Under the pieces are notes generated by a model. It searched no databases. It had not been told where the DNA came from and saw nothing but the letters and a program-made list of their open reading frames with translations. Positions 15,047-23,511 of a stretch of DNA of 55,660 bases are shown in pieces (within the stretch, counting starts at the first letter, position 1; every line of letters begins with the position of its first letter). Position numbers and translations under genes: made by a program. The stretch is from a virus. Location: positions 1 through 55,660 of IMG/VR virus record IMGVR_UViG_3300028794_000001; one strand, given 5' to 3'.

Positions 15047-17029
15047 ATGGCCGACCTGTTCGACGATCTGGCGGCAAAGGCCGCGCAAGCTTACGGGGGC
15101 GCGATTGACCTCGCGACTGCGGTCAGCTCGCCGACCATCGCGCTCCCGCCGAACAGGATCTTGATGGAAGGGAAGTACGCCGTCAGGGACAGCGAAGACC
15201 TGCGGAGGATCGAAGCGCTTCCAAGGCGCTCTGCGACGGTAGCCCCGGAGTCGAAGCACTGGCTGGAGCAAGTCGTCGAGTACATGACCGCGTCGCTCCG
15301 GATCGACAATCCGGCGTGTCAGTGCGCGGCGCTGGGGGCTGTGAAGAAAGACGGATCCCCGGACTGCATTCTGCGTCTGCTCCCCGTGCAGGCGGCGTAC
15401 CTCTATGAGGCGATGCTGATTGGCGGGATTCTCGGTCCAATCGGTGTAGGGCACGGCAAGACGGGGATCGACATCCTGCTCCCGATGGTCATCCCGGGAT
15501 GCAAGGTTGCGGTGTTGCTGCTCCCACCGCGCCTGGTGCCTCAGCTGAAGCACGATTTCAAGCTCTGGTCCCAGCACTTCAGGACACCGAACCTCGCCGG
15601 ATGCCCTCCCTTTCGCGCGGACGGTCGCCCCGTGCTCGAGCTGTTGCCCTACTCCATGCTGTCGACGAAAAGCGGCGCAGGCAAGCTGCTGGAGCTGCGC
15701 CCCGACGTGCTGATGATGGACGAATGCCACAACGCGAAGAAGCCGAAGCCGGGCGCGCGCCCGTCCGCGCGATGGGCGCGAATCGAGGACTTCAAGCGCG
15801 CCTACCCCGCTTGCCGCCACTACCGCCACAGTGGCACGGTCACCACGAAGAGCGTCTACGACTACCAGCACCATTCGGAGGACTGCTTGGGCGATCGCAG
15901 CATCCTCCCGCGCGACCCCGATGCGATGGCCGAATGGGCTGCGGCCCTAGATCCAGTCGACGACCCGGCACCCATCGGTGCGCTTCGCCGCCTGTGCCAG
16001 ATCGGCGAGAACGCTCGGCAGGGCTTCCGGAGGCGCCTGGTCGAGACCGCGGGGGTGGTGGCGACCGAGGAAAGCGCCATCGGGAATTCGCTGTTTTTCA
16101 CTGAACGCAAGGTATCGATCCCGAAAGTCATCGGTGACTTGATCGCGAAAACCCGTCTGAGCAACGAACGCCCGGACGGTGAGCCCTTTGCCGACGGGCT
16201 GCGCAAGGCGGCGTGCCTGCGCGAGCTGAGCGCCGGCTTCTATTACGTATGGTACTTCCCACCCATTGACGGCGTTCCGCAACGCGCTTCCGTGATCGAT
16301 CTCTGGCTGGAGCGACGCAAGGCTTACAACAAAGAACTGTACGCCCGGTTGCTGGCGCCGCAGCCCGGAATGGATTCGATGCTGCTCTGTTGGGAGGCTG
16401 CGACGCGCTGGCACGAGGGCTACGTTTGGATCGATGTGCACGGTCACCGGCACACTGAGCCTGCATATTCGACGAGGGGGCCTTACCCGGTCTGGGCGTC
16501 ACAGCACTTCGTCGGGTGGCGCGAGGTCAAAGACACGGTCGTAAAGCAGACCGTTCCAAAATGGGTGGACGATTTTCTGGTCGCGGACGCCCTCGTGTGG
16601 GCCCGCGCGGAGCCCGGGATCGTCTGGTTCGATCACCGCGCCTTTGGGCTGCGCATGCGCGAGCTTGCCCCGGACCTCGGTTTCTACGGCGGCGGGGACA
16701 AGGACGACGAGCGCATGATCGAGGAGCGTGCTAAGGTGTCGATCATCTGCTCAATTGATTCGCATGGTGAAGGTAAGAAACTTCAAAAGTTCTATCGGTC
16801 GTTGATGGGAAATTTCCCCAAAAACAAAACGCTTGAGCAGGTGATCGGCCGTACGCATCGGCAGGGGCAGCACGCCGACGAGGTGGAGATCTGCTGGTAC
16901 CGCCACACCGACGAATATTGTAAATTCTTTGACAACGCGTATGAGCAGGCGCGGTATGTCGACGAGACCCAGGCGAAGAGCGTCGGGGCTTCACAGAAAC
17001 TCCTGCTCGGATCGAAGGACTGGCGATGA
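15047..17029 (+). CDS. SNF2/DEAD-like superfamily 2 helicase
   Basis: Motif I GVGHGKTG, motif II LMMDECHN, motif VI QVIGRTHRQGQ. Confidence 0.85.
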   Translation: MADLFDDLAAKAAQAYGGAIDLATAVSSPTIALPPNRILMEGKYAVRDSEDLRRIEALPRRSATVAPESKHWLEQVVEYMTASLRIDNPACQCAALGAVKKDGSPDCILRLLPVQAAYLYEAMLIGGILGPIGVGHGKTGIDILLPMVIPGCKVAVLLLPPRLVPQLKHDFKLWSQHFRTPNLAGCPPFRADGRPVLELLPYSMLSTKSGAGKLLELRPDVLMMDECHNAKKPKPGARPSARWARIEDFKRAYPACRHYRHSGTVTTKSVYDYQHHSEDCLGDRSILPRDPDAMAEWAAALDPVDDPAPIGALRRLCQIGENARQGFRRRLVETAGVVATEESAIGNSLFFTERKVSIPKVIGDLIAKTRLSNERPDGEPFADGLRKAACLRELSAGFYYVWYFPPIDGVPQRASVIDLWLERRKAYNKELYARLLAPQPGMDSMLLCWEAATRWHEGYVWIDVHGHRHTEPAYSTRGPYPVWASQHFVGWREVKDTVVKQTVPKWVDDFLVADALVWARAEPGIVWFDHRAFGLRMRELAPDLGFYGGGDKDDERMIEERAKVSIICSIDSHGEGKKLQKFYRSLMGNFPKNKTLEQVIGRTHRQGQHADEVEICWYRHTDEYCKFFDNAYEQARYVDETQAKSVGASQKLLLGSKDWR

Positions 17030-17349
17030 AGGCACTTCCCGGAATGAGTTTGAAGGCGTACCGCGAGGAAGGCGACCGCGCGTTTCTGGGCGTGGTGCTG
17101 AAGGAGGCGGGCGGGAATATCGCCAAGGCCGCGCGACTGGCGGGGCTTTCGCGCACGGGCTTATACCGGCTGATGAGCAAGTATGGGATCGAAGTCGCTG
17201 AGAAAGGAGCCGAACCCATCGTTCCGGTCCTTGGAGAGCCGATGGTTTGCGAGCACGCAAACGAAGCCTCTGACATCTGCGAATGCGATGAGGAGTGCTA
17301 CTGCCGGAAGGGGCTGTGCTACATGCGCAGCGCTGAGGCGCGCGCGTGA
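17026..17349 (+). CDS. Stand-alone NtrC/Fis-type HTH (HTH_8-like) DNA-binding protein with Cys-rich tail
   Basis: LKEAGGNIAKAARLAGLSRTGLYRLMSKYGIE matches the pattern of the C-terminal HTH of Fis and sigma54 activators (..GN...AA..LG..R.TLYRK...YGI). No AAA+ domain. Tail: CEHANEASDICECDEECYCRKGLC. Confidence 0.75.
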   Translation: MKALPGMSLKAYREEGDRAFLGVVLKEAGGNIAKAARLAGLSRTGLYRLMSKYGIEVAEKGAEPIVPVLGEPMVCEHANEASDICECDEECYCRKGLCYMRSAEARA

Positions 17350-17498
17350 AGGCACTCGCCGGCAAGATTCTGGAGGCGCTGTGCGTGGCTGCGTTCACCA
17401 CTGTCGGCGCAGCTCTGGGAGCGAAGCTGCTGGAACGCGTCGTACCTCCAGAACCTCAGCCCGAACCCGTTCGTAAGGCACGAAGGAAACGCCGATGA
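17346..17498 (+). CDS. Small membrane protein (50 aa)
   Basis: GTG 17346 overlaps TGA 17347-17349. Product: VKALAGKILEALCVAAFTTVGAALGAKLL...RKARRKRR. Not in the ORF track. Confidence 0.45.
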   Translation: MKALAGKILEALCVAAFTTVGAALGAKLLERVVPPEPQPEPVRKARRKRR

Positions 17499-17698
17499 AA
17501 ATCGATTTGACCCCCGAGTGGCGGGCGGTGGGACTGGCCTTGAACGGTGCGGGCGCAGCGGTCGCCATCGGGCGCGCGCCTAATGGGGACGTGATCGGGC
17601 ACTGCTACGTGAACAACGTAGCTGTCGCCACTGTACCGGGAAAAGACGTTGCAATGCTGTTTCGAAACCTAGCTGTGTTGGTGGAGCAGACCAGATGA
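17495..17698 (+). CDS. Hypothetical protein (67 aa)
   Basis: ATGA overlaps at both ends. Confidence 0.5.
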   Translation: MKIDLTPEWRAVGLALNGAGAAVAIGRAPNGDVIGHCYVNNVAVATVPGKDVAMLFRNLAVLVEQTR

Positions 17699-17868
17699 GA
17701 ATCACCTACCCGGACCAAGACGAACGAATCGACCGCGTCGTCGAAATCCTAGAAGACGAGGGCGTCCCTTACATCGCGGCGTACCGTGCCGCTCGTCGAA
17801 TCGTCGAGTTGGGCCCGGTTGCGCGTCCTATGCGCGTCGTTCCTTTAGACCCCGTCGGTGACACGTGA
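17695..17868 (+). CDS. Hypothetical protein (57 aa)
   Basis: ATG 17695 overlaps TGA 17696-17698. Product: MRITYPDQDERIDRVVEILEDEGVPYIAAYRAARRIVELG... Not in the ORF track. Confidence 0.5.
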   Translation: MRITYPDQDERIDRVVEILEDEGVPYIAAYRAARRIVELGPVARPMRVVPLDPVGDT

Positions 17869-18089
17869 ACGACCTGGAACGGAATCGCGCGCTTAGGGAT
17901 GAGATACTGGAGCGGGCCGGGATCAGCTGCGCCGAGCGCGAGCGCCACCAACAGGAGATCCAGTTGCTGGAGTCACGCAACCGCCAGTTGGTCGAGTTGC
18001 TGCACTTCCATTTACGTCAGCAGGCTGAAGAGCCCATCACCTACGAGGACATCAACCGTGTCCTAGAAGCGTTCAATGCGTGTGGGTAG
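17865..18089 (+). CDS. Hypothetical coiled-coil protein (74 aa)
   Basis: GTG 17865 overlaps TGA 17866-17868. Confidence 0.55.
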   Translation: MNDLERNRALRDEILERAGISCAERERHQQEIQLLESRNRQLVELLHFHLRQQAEEPITYEDINRVLEAFNACG

Positions 18090-18200
18090 GTTTGACTATT
18101 ATTTTATTCGGCCTCATCCTCCGTCTCACGTTGATCCAAGTTCTCGCTCTTGGGTTCGCGTTCGTGATCTGCGAGTTCATCCGAATCAGAAAGTGAAATC

Positions 18201-19154
18201 ATGAGTAATCCTTACCCTGGTCAGTTTCCCCCCGCGCCCGCCGGACAACCGGCGGCGCCTCAGTATCCGCCGCAAGCCGGATGGGCGCCTACGCCCCCCG
18301 GTTACCCTCAGGCGCCCGCGCCCCAGGGTTACTACCCTCCCCAGCAGCCCGGGTACGCAGGCCCGCCCGGGTACGCACCCCAGCAGGCGCCGCCGCCCGG
18401 GTATCCCCAAGCACCGAATCCGTTCGGGGCGCCGCCTCAGCAGGGCGGAAGCGTCGTCGACGCGGTGATTCAGGCCGTGCTCGGCGCCGAGTCGTCCGAT
18501 GGTGGGTCGCGCTGGAGGCACGGTCGGTACCTCGTGCTGATCGAGCAACTCGTCTTCAAGCAAGGCAACGAGGGACCACTCTTCGTGCCGGAGTTCCGTG
18601 TCGAGCAGTCGCAGGCGGTCAACATCGTCAACCCCGACACCAACCAGGTGGATGGGCCTTTTGATCCGGGGACGACAATCGGCTTTCCCTGCAAGATGCA
18701 GAAGAAGCCCTCGGCATCGAACGCGCGCGGCTTCGTCCTCGCGATGCTCGAAAAGCCCGAGAACAAGCAGGACCCCGAACTCACCAAGCTGATCGGTGAG
18801 AAGATGGCGCAGTGGTCGCAGCCGGGGCAGCCGCTGCGCGGCTTCGCTGTGCTGATCGAGACGTACAACCACACGATTCGCAGCGGGCCAAACGCGGGCA
18901 AGAACATGATTCGGCTCAAGTTTAAGCGACTGCCGGGGCAGACCGCGGAAAGCGTCACCGCGAACCGGGCGAAGCTTGACCAGTTCGCCCCGCCCGCCGC
19001 GCGAGCTGCGCCGGGTGCTCCCGCGCCGCAGTACCCTCAGGCGCCCGCGCCCCAGGGCTACGCGCCCCCGCCGCTGCCTCCGATGCCCCCCGCTCCGCAG
19101 GCGCCCGGCGCGCCCCCGGCCGCCCCCGGCAATCCGTTTCAAGGTCTGCTGTAG
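18201..19154 (+). CDS. Protein with a globular core flanked by P/Q/Y-rich disordered termini
   Basis: N-terminus: PQYPPQAGWAPTPPGYPQAPAPQGYYPPQQPGY. C-terminus: APAPQYPQAPAPQGYAPPPLPPMPP. A 26-nt direct repeat lies at 18303-18328 and 19032-19057. Confidence 0.7.
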   Translation: MSNPYPGQFPPAPAGQPAAPQYPPQAGWAPTPPGYPQAPAPQGYYPPQQPGYAGPPGYAPQQAPPPGYPQAPNPFGAPPQQGGSVVDAVIQAVLGAESSDGGSRWRHGRYLVLIEQLVFKQGNEGPLFVPEFRVEQSQAVNIVNPDTNQVDGPFDPGTTIGFPCKMQKKPSASNARGFVLAMLEKPENKQDPELTKLIGEKMAQWSQPGQPLRGFAVLIETYNHTIRSGPNAGKNMIRLKFKRLPGQTAESVTANRAKLDQFAPPAARAAPGAPAPQYPQAPAPQGYAPPPLPPMPPAPQAPGAPPAAPGNPFQGLL

Positions 19155-19206
19155 TCCCTCGCGCCGCCCTCGTTCACCGGGGGCGGCGCTTCTTCCCGGA
19201 GTCCCG

Positions 19207-19527
19207 ATGAACACGATGCTCGAGCTTGTCGAAGACGCTTTGCTGAGCGCGCTTGAAGAGGCGGGTCCGAAGCTCCCTAAGGATTTCTCGATTCGGATTC
19301 CTGACAAGGCTTACGCCGCACTCGCGCACGCTGCACCGGCGCCGCATATGATCGCTGGCGGGTACACCATCAGGATCTACCCAGACAGCGCTCTCACATT
19401 GTTCGAAGACATGACGCTTGCCGAATGGATCGAGCACACCACAGCTACGGCGCTGAACGACGCGCCCGAAGACGACTTTCGACGAAGGGCCGCCGCAGCG
19501 CTCCGGAAGGTCAGGACCGGCAAGTGA
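19207..19527 (+). CDS. Hypothetical protein (106 aa)
   Basis: I moved the start to ATG 19207, after GGAG. Product: MNTMLELVEDALLSALEEAG... Confidence 0.6.
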   Translation: MNTMLELVEDALLSALEEAGPKLPKDFSIRIPDKAYAALAHAAPAPHMIAGGYTIRIYPDSALTLFEDMTLAEWIEHTTATALNDAPEDDFRRRAAAALRKVRTGK

Positions 19528-21740
19528 CCCCCGAGCGAAACTACTGGGCATTCGACCTAGAAACCGACCTCATTATGCCCGGGTTGCTGGCGCCCCCGCC
19601 GGTCTGCGCGTCGGTCTCGGACGCCAAGGGGGCTAAGAAGATCCTCGCCGATGCTGAGATCCTTCCATGGGTCGCGCACGAGTTGGACCGATCGATCTGG
19701 ATCGGCGCCAATATCGCCTACGACTTCGGAGTGATCGGCGCCTACTCCCCCTCCCTCGTGCGCTCGATCTTCAAGGCCTACAGGGAAGGCCGGGTCTTCG
19801 ACATTCAGATTGCACAGGCCCTCGATGCCATCGCCAAGGGCACCCTGTTCAAGGACCCGCGCACCGGGGGCGGGCTGAAGGACCCGACGACAGGCAAAAG
19901 CAAAAACCGCTACTCCTTGTCCATCGTGACGGACCTGGTACTTGGGCGAAAGGACGCCAAGGCAAATGACTGGGCGCGCTTGCGCTACTCGCTCTTCCGC
20001 GGCGTACCGCTCGCCGGCTGGACCGAGCATGCGCGGGCGCTCGGCTGCGTTGACCCCGAGGGCGTTACTCAGTACCCGCTGGATGATGCAGGCAATACGA
20101 TGAGCTGTGCGCTCGGGCAGCGCGGACACGAAAACCTTCAGGAAATGGCCGCGCAGTCCTACACCGCTTGGTGCATGCACCTTGGCTCGATGTGGGGTCG
20201 CCGAACGGATCCTGTAGCGGTTGCGAATCTGAAGACGATTATCGAAGCCAAGCACGCAAAGGCTGTGATCGATTTCAAGGCCTCCGGGCTGCTCGACGAG
20301 AACGGCGACGAAGACCAGATCGTCAAGAAGCGGATGGTCGCGACTGCGTACGGCGCAACGGGCATTTGCCCGGCGTGCGTCGGAAGCGGAAAGGTGATCA
20401 GCGAGAAGAGCGGCAACCCGATTCAGTGCAAGGTCTGCAGCGCGACGGGGCTCAACATTGCTTCCGCACCCACGCTCAAGCTGACGGACACCGGGGGCGT
20501 CTGCGCGGATCGCGATGCTCTTTCGGAGTCTGGCGATGATCTGCTAGAGAGCTACGCCGACGTTTCGAACATCAACAAGCTTCGCAACACCTACCTTCCT
20601 TTTCTTGAGCTTGGAACGAAGCAACCGGTCAACGTTCAACCTAATGTGATCGTCGAGAACGGGCGTACCTCGTATGAGGGGCTGATCCAGCTCATCCCGC
20701 GACAGGGAGGGATTCGCGAGTGCTTCCTTCCGCGCGAGGGTTGGCTTTACTGCTCGACCGATTACCCCGCCCTGGAAATGACGACGCTCGCACAGGTCTG
20801 CATGTGGATCGTGGGCTGGTCGCAGCTCCAACAGGCGATTGACGCCAAGCTGGATTTGCACAGCGCCTTCGCGGCGAAGCTGACCGGGAAGAGCTATGAC
20901 GAGTTCTACGCGCTGATCCTCGCGAAGGACAAATGGGCGAAGGGCATTCGCCAAGCCTGCAAGGCCGCTAATTTCGGCTTCCCCGGGTACATGGGCGCAG
21001 CCCGATTCGTTGCCTCCAAGCGCGCGCAGGAGAACTTACGGATCTGCATCTCATTGGGACAAGCCCCGAAGTGCGAGACCTGCCAAGGCGTCGAGGGTAT
21101 CGATTGCAAACGCTGCTACGGGCGCGGATTCCTTTGCGCTCTGGTCAAGGTTACCGAGTGGAACAACCGGAAGACCACCCCGACGTGTAAGCACTGCCTC
21201 GAGCTTGCCGAGGACCTGAAAAAGGGGTGGTTTGCCCAGTGGTCCGAGATGAAGTCCTATTTCGATTTCATCAAAAAGCAATGCGCGAGTCCCCTCGGGG
21301 GGAAGCTGCGTCAGTTCGTCAGCAACCGGTGGCGCGGCAACCTCGACGTCATGAATGGCGCGAACACGCTTTTCTCCGGCCTTGCCGCGGATCTGGCGAA
21401 ATACGCGCTGCGGCTGATCAGCGACGAAGCGTACACCGACGAGAACAGCGCACTTTGGGAGACACGTCCGCTCGAGCTGATCCACGACGAGGTGTTCAGC
21501 GAGATGCCCGAAGCCCGCGCACATGCGGCGGCTTGGCGCCAGGCGGAGCTGTGTGACCAAGCTCTGGCGCGCTATTGCCCCGACGTGAAGCCAAAGAATG
21601 TGGAGCCCGCGTTGATGCGGCGGTGGTCGAAAGACGCCGAGCGGGTCGATGGGCCGGACGGGAAGTTGATCCCCTGGACGCCGAAGCGGAAGCCGGGCGA
21701 GGTGTTCATGTGGGAACCGGGCTACACGGCCGCAGCTTGA
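19524..21740 (+). CDS. Family A DNA polymerase with 3-prime-5-prime exonuclease domain and Zn-finger insertions
   Basis: I moved the start to GTG 19524 (GTGA overlap). Exo I FDLETD, motif B RQACKAANFGFPGYMG, motif C LIHDEVFSE. Insertions: CPACVGSG...CKVCSATG and CETCQG...CKRCYGRG. Confidence 0.92.
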   Translation: MTPERNYWAFDLETDLIMPGLLAPPPVCASVSDAKGAKKILADAEILPWVAHELDRSIWIGANIAYDFGVIGAYSPSLVRSIFKAYREGRVFDIQIAQALDAIAKGTLFKDPRTGGGLKDPTTGKSKNRYSLSIVTDLVLGRKDAKANDWARLRYSLFRGVPLAGWTEHARALGCVDPEGVTQYPLDDAGNTMSCALGQRGHENLQEMAAQSYTAWCMHLGSMWGRRTDPVAVANLKTIIEAKHAKAVIDFKASGLLDENGDEDQIVKKRMVATAYGATGICPACVGSGKVISEKSGNPIQCKVCSATGLNIASAPTLKLTDTGGVCADRDALSESGDDLLESYADVSNINKLRNTYLPFLELGTKQPVNVQPNVIVENGRTSYEGLIQLIPRQGGIRECFLPREGWLYCSTDYPALEMTTLAQVCMWIVGWSQLQQAIDAKLDLHSAFAAKLTGKSYDEFYALILAKDKWAKGIRQACKAANFGFPGYMGAARFVASKRAQENLRICISLGQAPKCETCQGVEGIDCKRCYGRGFLCALVKVTEWNNRKTTPTCKHCLELAEDLKKGWFAQWSEMKSYFDFIKKQCASPLGGKLRQFVSNRWRGNLDVMNGANTLFSGLAADLAKYALRLISDEAYTDENSALWETRPLELIHDEVFSEMPEARAHAAAWRQAELCDQALARYCPDVKPKNVEPALMRRWSKDAERVDGPDGKLIPWTPKRKPGEVFMWEPGYTAAA

Positions 21741-21765
21741 CCGGCGGTTTCATTTTACTGTTAAA
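21737..21765 (+). promoter_or_regulatory. Class I motif: TTGACC-N13-TACTGT within TTTTACTGTTAAA
   Basis: Intergenic, 15 nt before ATG 21777 (with AGGAGG between). The TTGA contains the polymerase stop codon. Confidence 0.5.
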
Positions 21766-21776
21766 TAGGAGGCGTG

Positions 21777-21938
21777 ATGAAAACACTCAACCGCGACGTT
21801 CTTGCGAAAATGACTGCGACCGAGATTCGTTTGCGCCTCGGGCTGCCAGTGGCTGATTTGAGCGCCTGCAGCGTCGACGCCTTGGAGACGACCGTCGCGC
21901 TCGACTGCGCCGCGCTTGCGGCGAAGGCGGGGCGATGA
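21777..21938 (+). CDS. Small hypothetical protein (53 aa)
   Basis: AGGAGG precedes ATG 21777. The stop overlaps ATG 21935. Not in the ORF track. Confidence 0.5.
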   Translation: MKTLNRDVLAKMTATEIRLRLGLPVADLSACSVDALETTVALDCAALAAKAGR

Positions 21939-22579
21939 CCAGGTTCGTCTTCAACGTGGGCGACGGGCGTATCGTCACCCCCATCTCGCTCGGCGGCTAC
22001 CCGGTGATTTACTGGGATCCCCCATGGGGCTACGACGACCCCGGCACCGACGGCGGGGTCGGTCACGAATACCAGACGATGACCTTTGAGCAACTCGCTG
22101 CACTGCCTCTCGACACGCTCGCGGCGCCTACCTGCGCGATGTTCATGTGGGCCACGCGCCCGCGGATGGAAGAGGCGCTTGCATTGATCCGCGCGCACGG
22201 ATTCGAATACGTGAACGAGGCGTTCACCTGGGTCAAGACGAAGGGCACCAACGTTGACGGCTCCGGAAAGCCCTTCCTTGGGCTCGGGAGGATGACCCGC
22301 GGGAATACCGAGCCTTGCCTTTACGCGCGCCGCGGGAAGCCGAAGCGCGCCGACGCCGGGGTGTCTCAGGTCGTCGTGACGAACGAGCTGATTGTCGCCC
22401 CGCTCGGGCAGCACAGCGCGAAGCCCCCAGAAACCCGAGAGTTGATCGCCCGCTTGATGGGCGAGACCCCGCGCGTAGAGCTGTTCGCGCGCGACGCTGT
22501 CCCAGGCTGGGACGGATGGGGGAACCAGTACCCGATGCCGGCGGGACGCCCGGCGCTGACCTTGGAGGAAACAACATGA
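21935..22579 (+). CDS. MT-A70 family DNA N6-adenine methyltransferase
   Basis: VIYWDPPWGY (DPPW catalytic motif), EYQTMTFEQL, GQHSAKPPE. Confidence 0.85.
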   Translation: MTRFVFNVGDGRIVTPISLGGYPVIYWDPPWGYDDPGTDGGVGHEYQTMTFEQLAALPLDTLAAPTCAMFMWATRPRMEEALALIRAHGFEYVNEAFTWVKTKGTNVDGSGKPFLGLGRMTRGNTEPCLYARRGKPKRADAGVSQVVVTNELIVAPLGQHSAKPPETRELIARLMGETPRVELFARDAVPGWDGWGNQYPMPAGRPALTLEETT

Positions 22580-23511
22580 ACGAAATGGTGCAGAAGCTGA
22601 AGCAGGCGATTGACGCGGATCGTGCGCGGTTCAAACTCGACCCGATTTCAAACAACGCGGCTCGAGAGATCCTCGTGCAGATAGGCACCGAGGGGGCGCA
22701 ATGGATCATCAACGGCGGAGGCAACTCCGACAGCGCACATACCGGTCAGCGAATGACCGGGCTGAATCAGTACCAGCAGGAGGTCAAACGCACTTCGAAT
22801 CGCGACCTCAAGGCATATCCGGAATGCCTGCGCGCGGCCGTTGCGGCGATGGTACGCGCGGCCGACGGTATCGTAGGGCCCGATGACCCGTCTAAATTGC
22901 GCCAGCAGGCGCAGGAGCTGTTGAAGATCTGGGATCGGCTCATCTGGGGTTTGGGGTTGGCAGGCGAGGCGGGCGAGGTGACCGACGGGCTCAAGAAAAA
23001 ATACGGACATGGGAAGGCCGTTTCAGACGAATACTTCAAGCTCGAGCTTGGGGACGGCGGATGGTACGGCAATGCGCTGGCCGACAGTTTCGGCTTTACC
23101 GCAGAAGACGTCGCGACGGCGAATTCCGTCAAACTTCGCAAGCGGCACCCCGTGGGGTTCACCGTCGAATCAGCCAACGCGAAGGCCGATGAGGCTCCGC
23201 GTCAATTGACGCAACGCGAGCAGGAAGACGCTGAAGCACTCGCGCAACGTAAGCCTATGTGCTGGGCGACGGCTCCAGTACCCGGTCAATGGATGTGTAA
23301 CCGCGGCACAGGGCATCCGGGCGACCACATAGCGTCCAATGGATATGTAATCTTGGAACGCTGGGCCGCTCCCGCCGTGTTCCACGCATGCGGCGCGCGC
23401 GACCCGAGCCCCGGTCAGTTCCAGTCGAGCTTCCCTTGCAGGTTGACCGACGGTCACGACGGCGACCACATTAGCTCGGACGGGCAGTGGAGCCGGGAGC
23501 GTATCCGGTGA
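22576..23511 (+). CDS. MazG-like nucleotide pyrophosphohydrolase core fused to two C-terminal Cys/His modules
   Basis: I moved the start to ATG 22576 (ATGA overlap). GLAGEAGEVTDGLKKKYGHGK...ELGDGGWY is MazG-like. Tail modules: C..PGQW.C..GTGHPGDHIASNG and C..PGQF...C..TDGHDGDHISSDG. Confidence 0.65.
   Translation: MNEMVQKLKQAIDADRARFKLDPISNNAAREILVQIGTEGAQWIINGGGNSDSAHTGQRMTGLNQYQQEVKRTSNRDLKAYPECLRAAVAAMVRAADGIVGPDDPSKLRQQAQELLKIWDRLIWGLGLAGEAGEVTDGLKKKYGHGKAVSDEYFKLELGDGGWYGNALADSFGFTAEDVATANSVKLRKRHPVGFTVESANAKADEAPRQLTQREQEDAEALAQRKPMCWATAPVPGQWMCNRGTGHPGDHIASNGYVILERWAAPAVFHACGARDPSPGQFQSSFPCRLTDGHDGDHISSDGQWSRERIR

Noticed and set aside
13451-15874. An 807-aa minus-strand ORF, and similar giants at 47108..49798 (+, 896 aa), 52281..54011 (+, 576 aa), 38108..39643 (+, 511 aa), 42805..43887 (+) and 28731..30104 (+).
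   Set aside because: These are Arg/Gly/Pro/His-rich, featureless translations antisense to, or out of frame with, genes that carry clear family motifs. Stop-free shadow frames like these are normal in high-GC DNA.
18092-18111. TTGACTATTATTTTATTCGG upstream of gene 18201, as another class I motif or sigma70 promoter.
   Set aside because: It lacks the TACTGT core, and there is no -10 hexamer at a workable spacing. It is only AT-rich.
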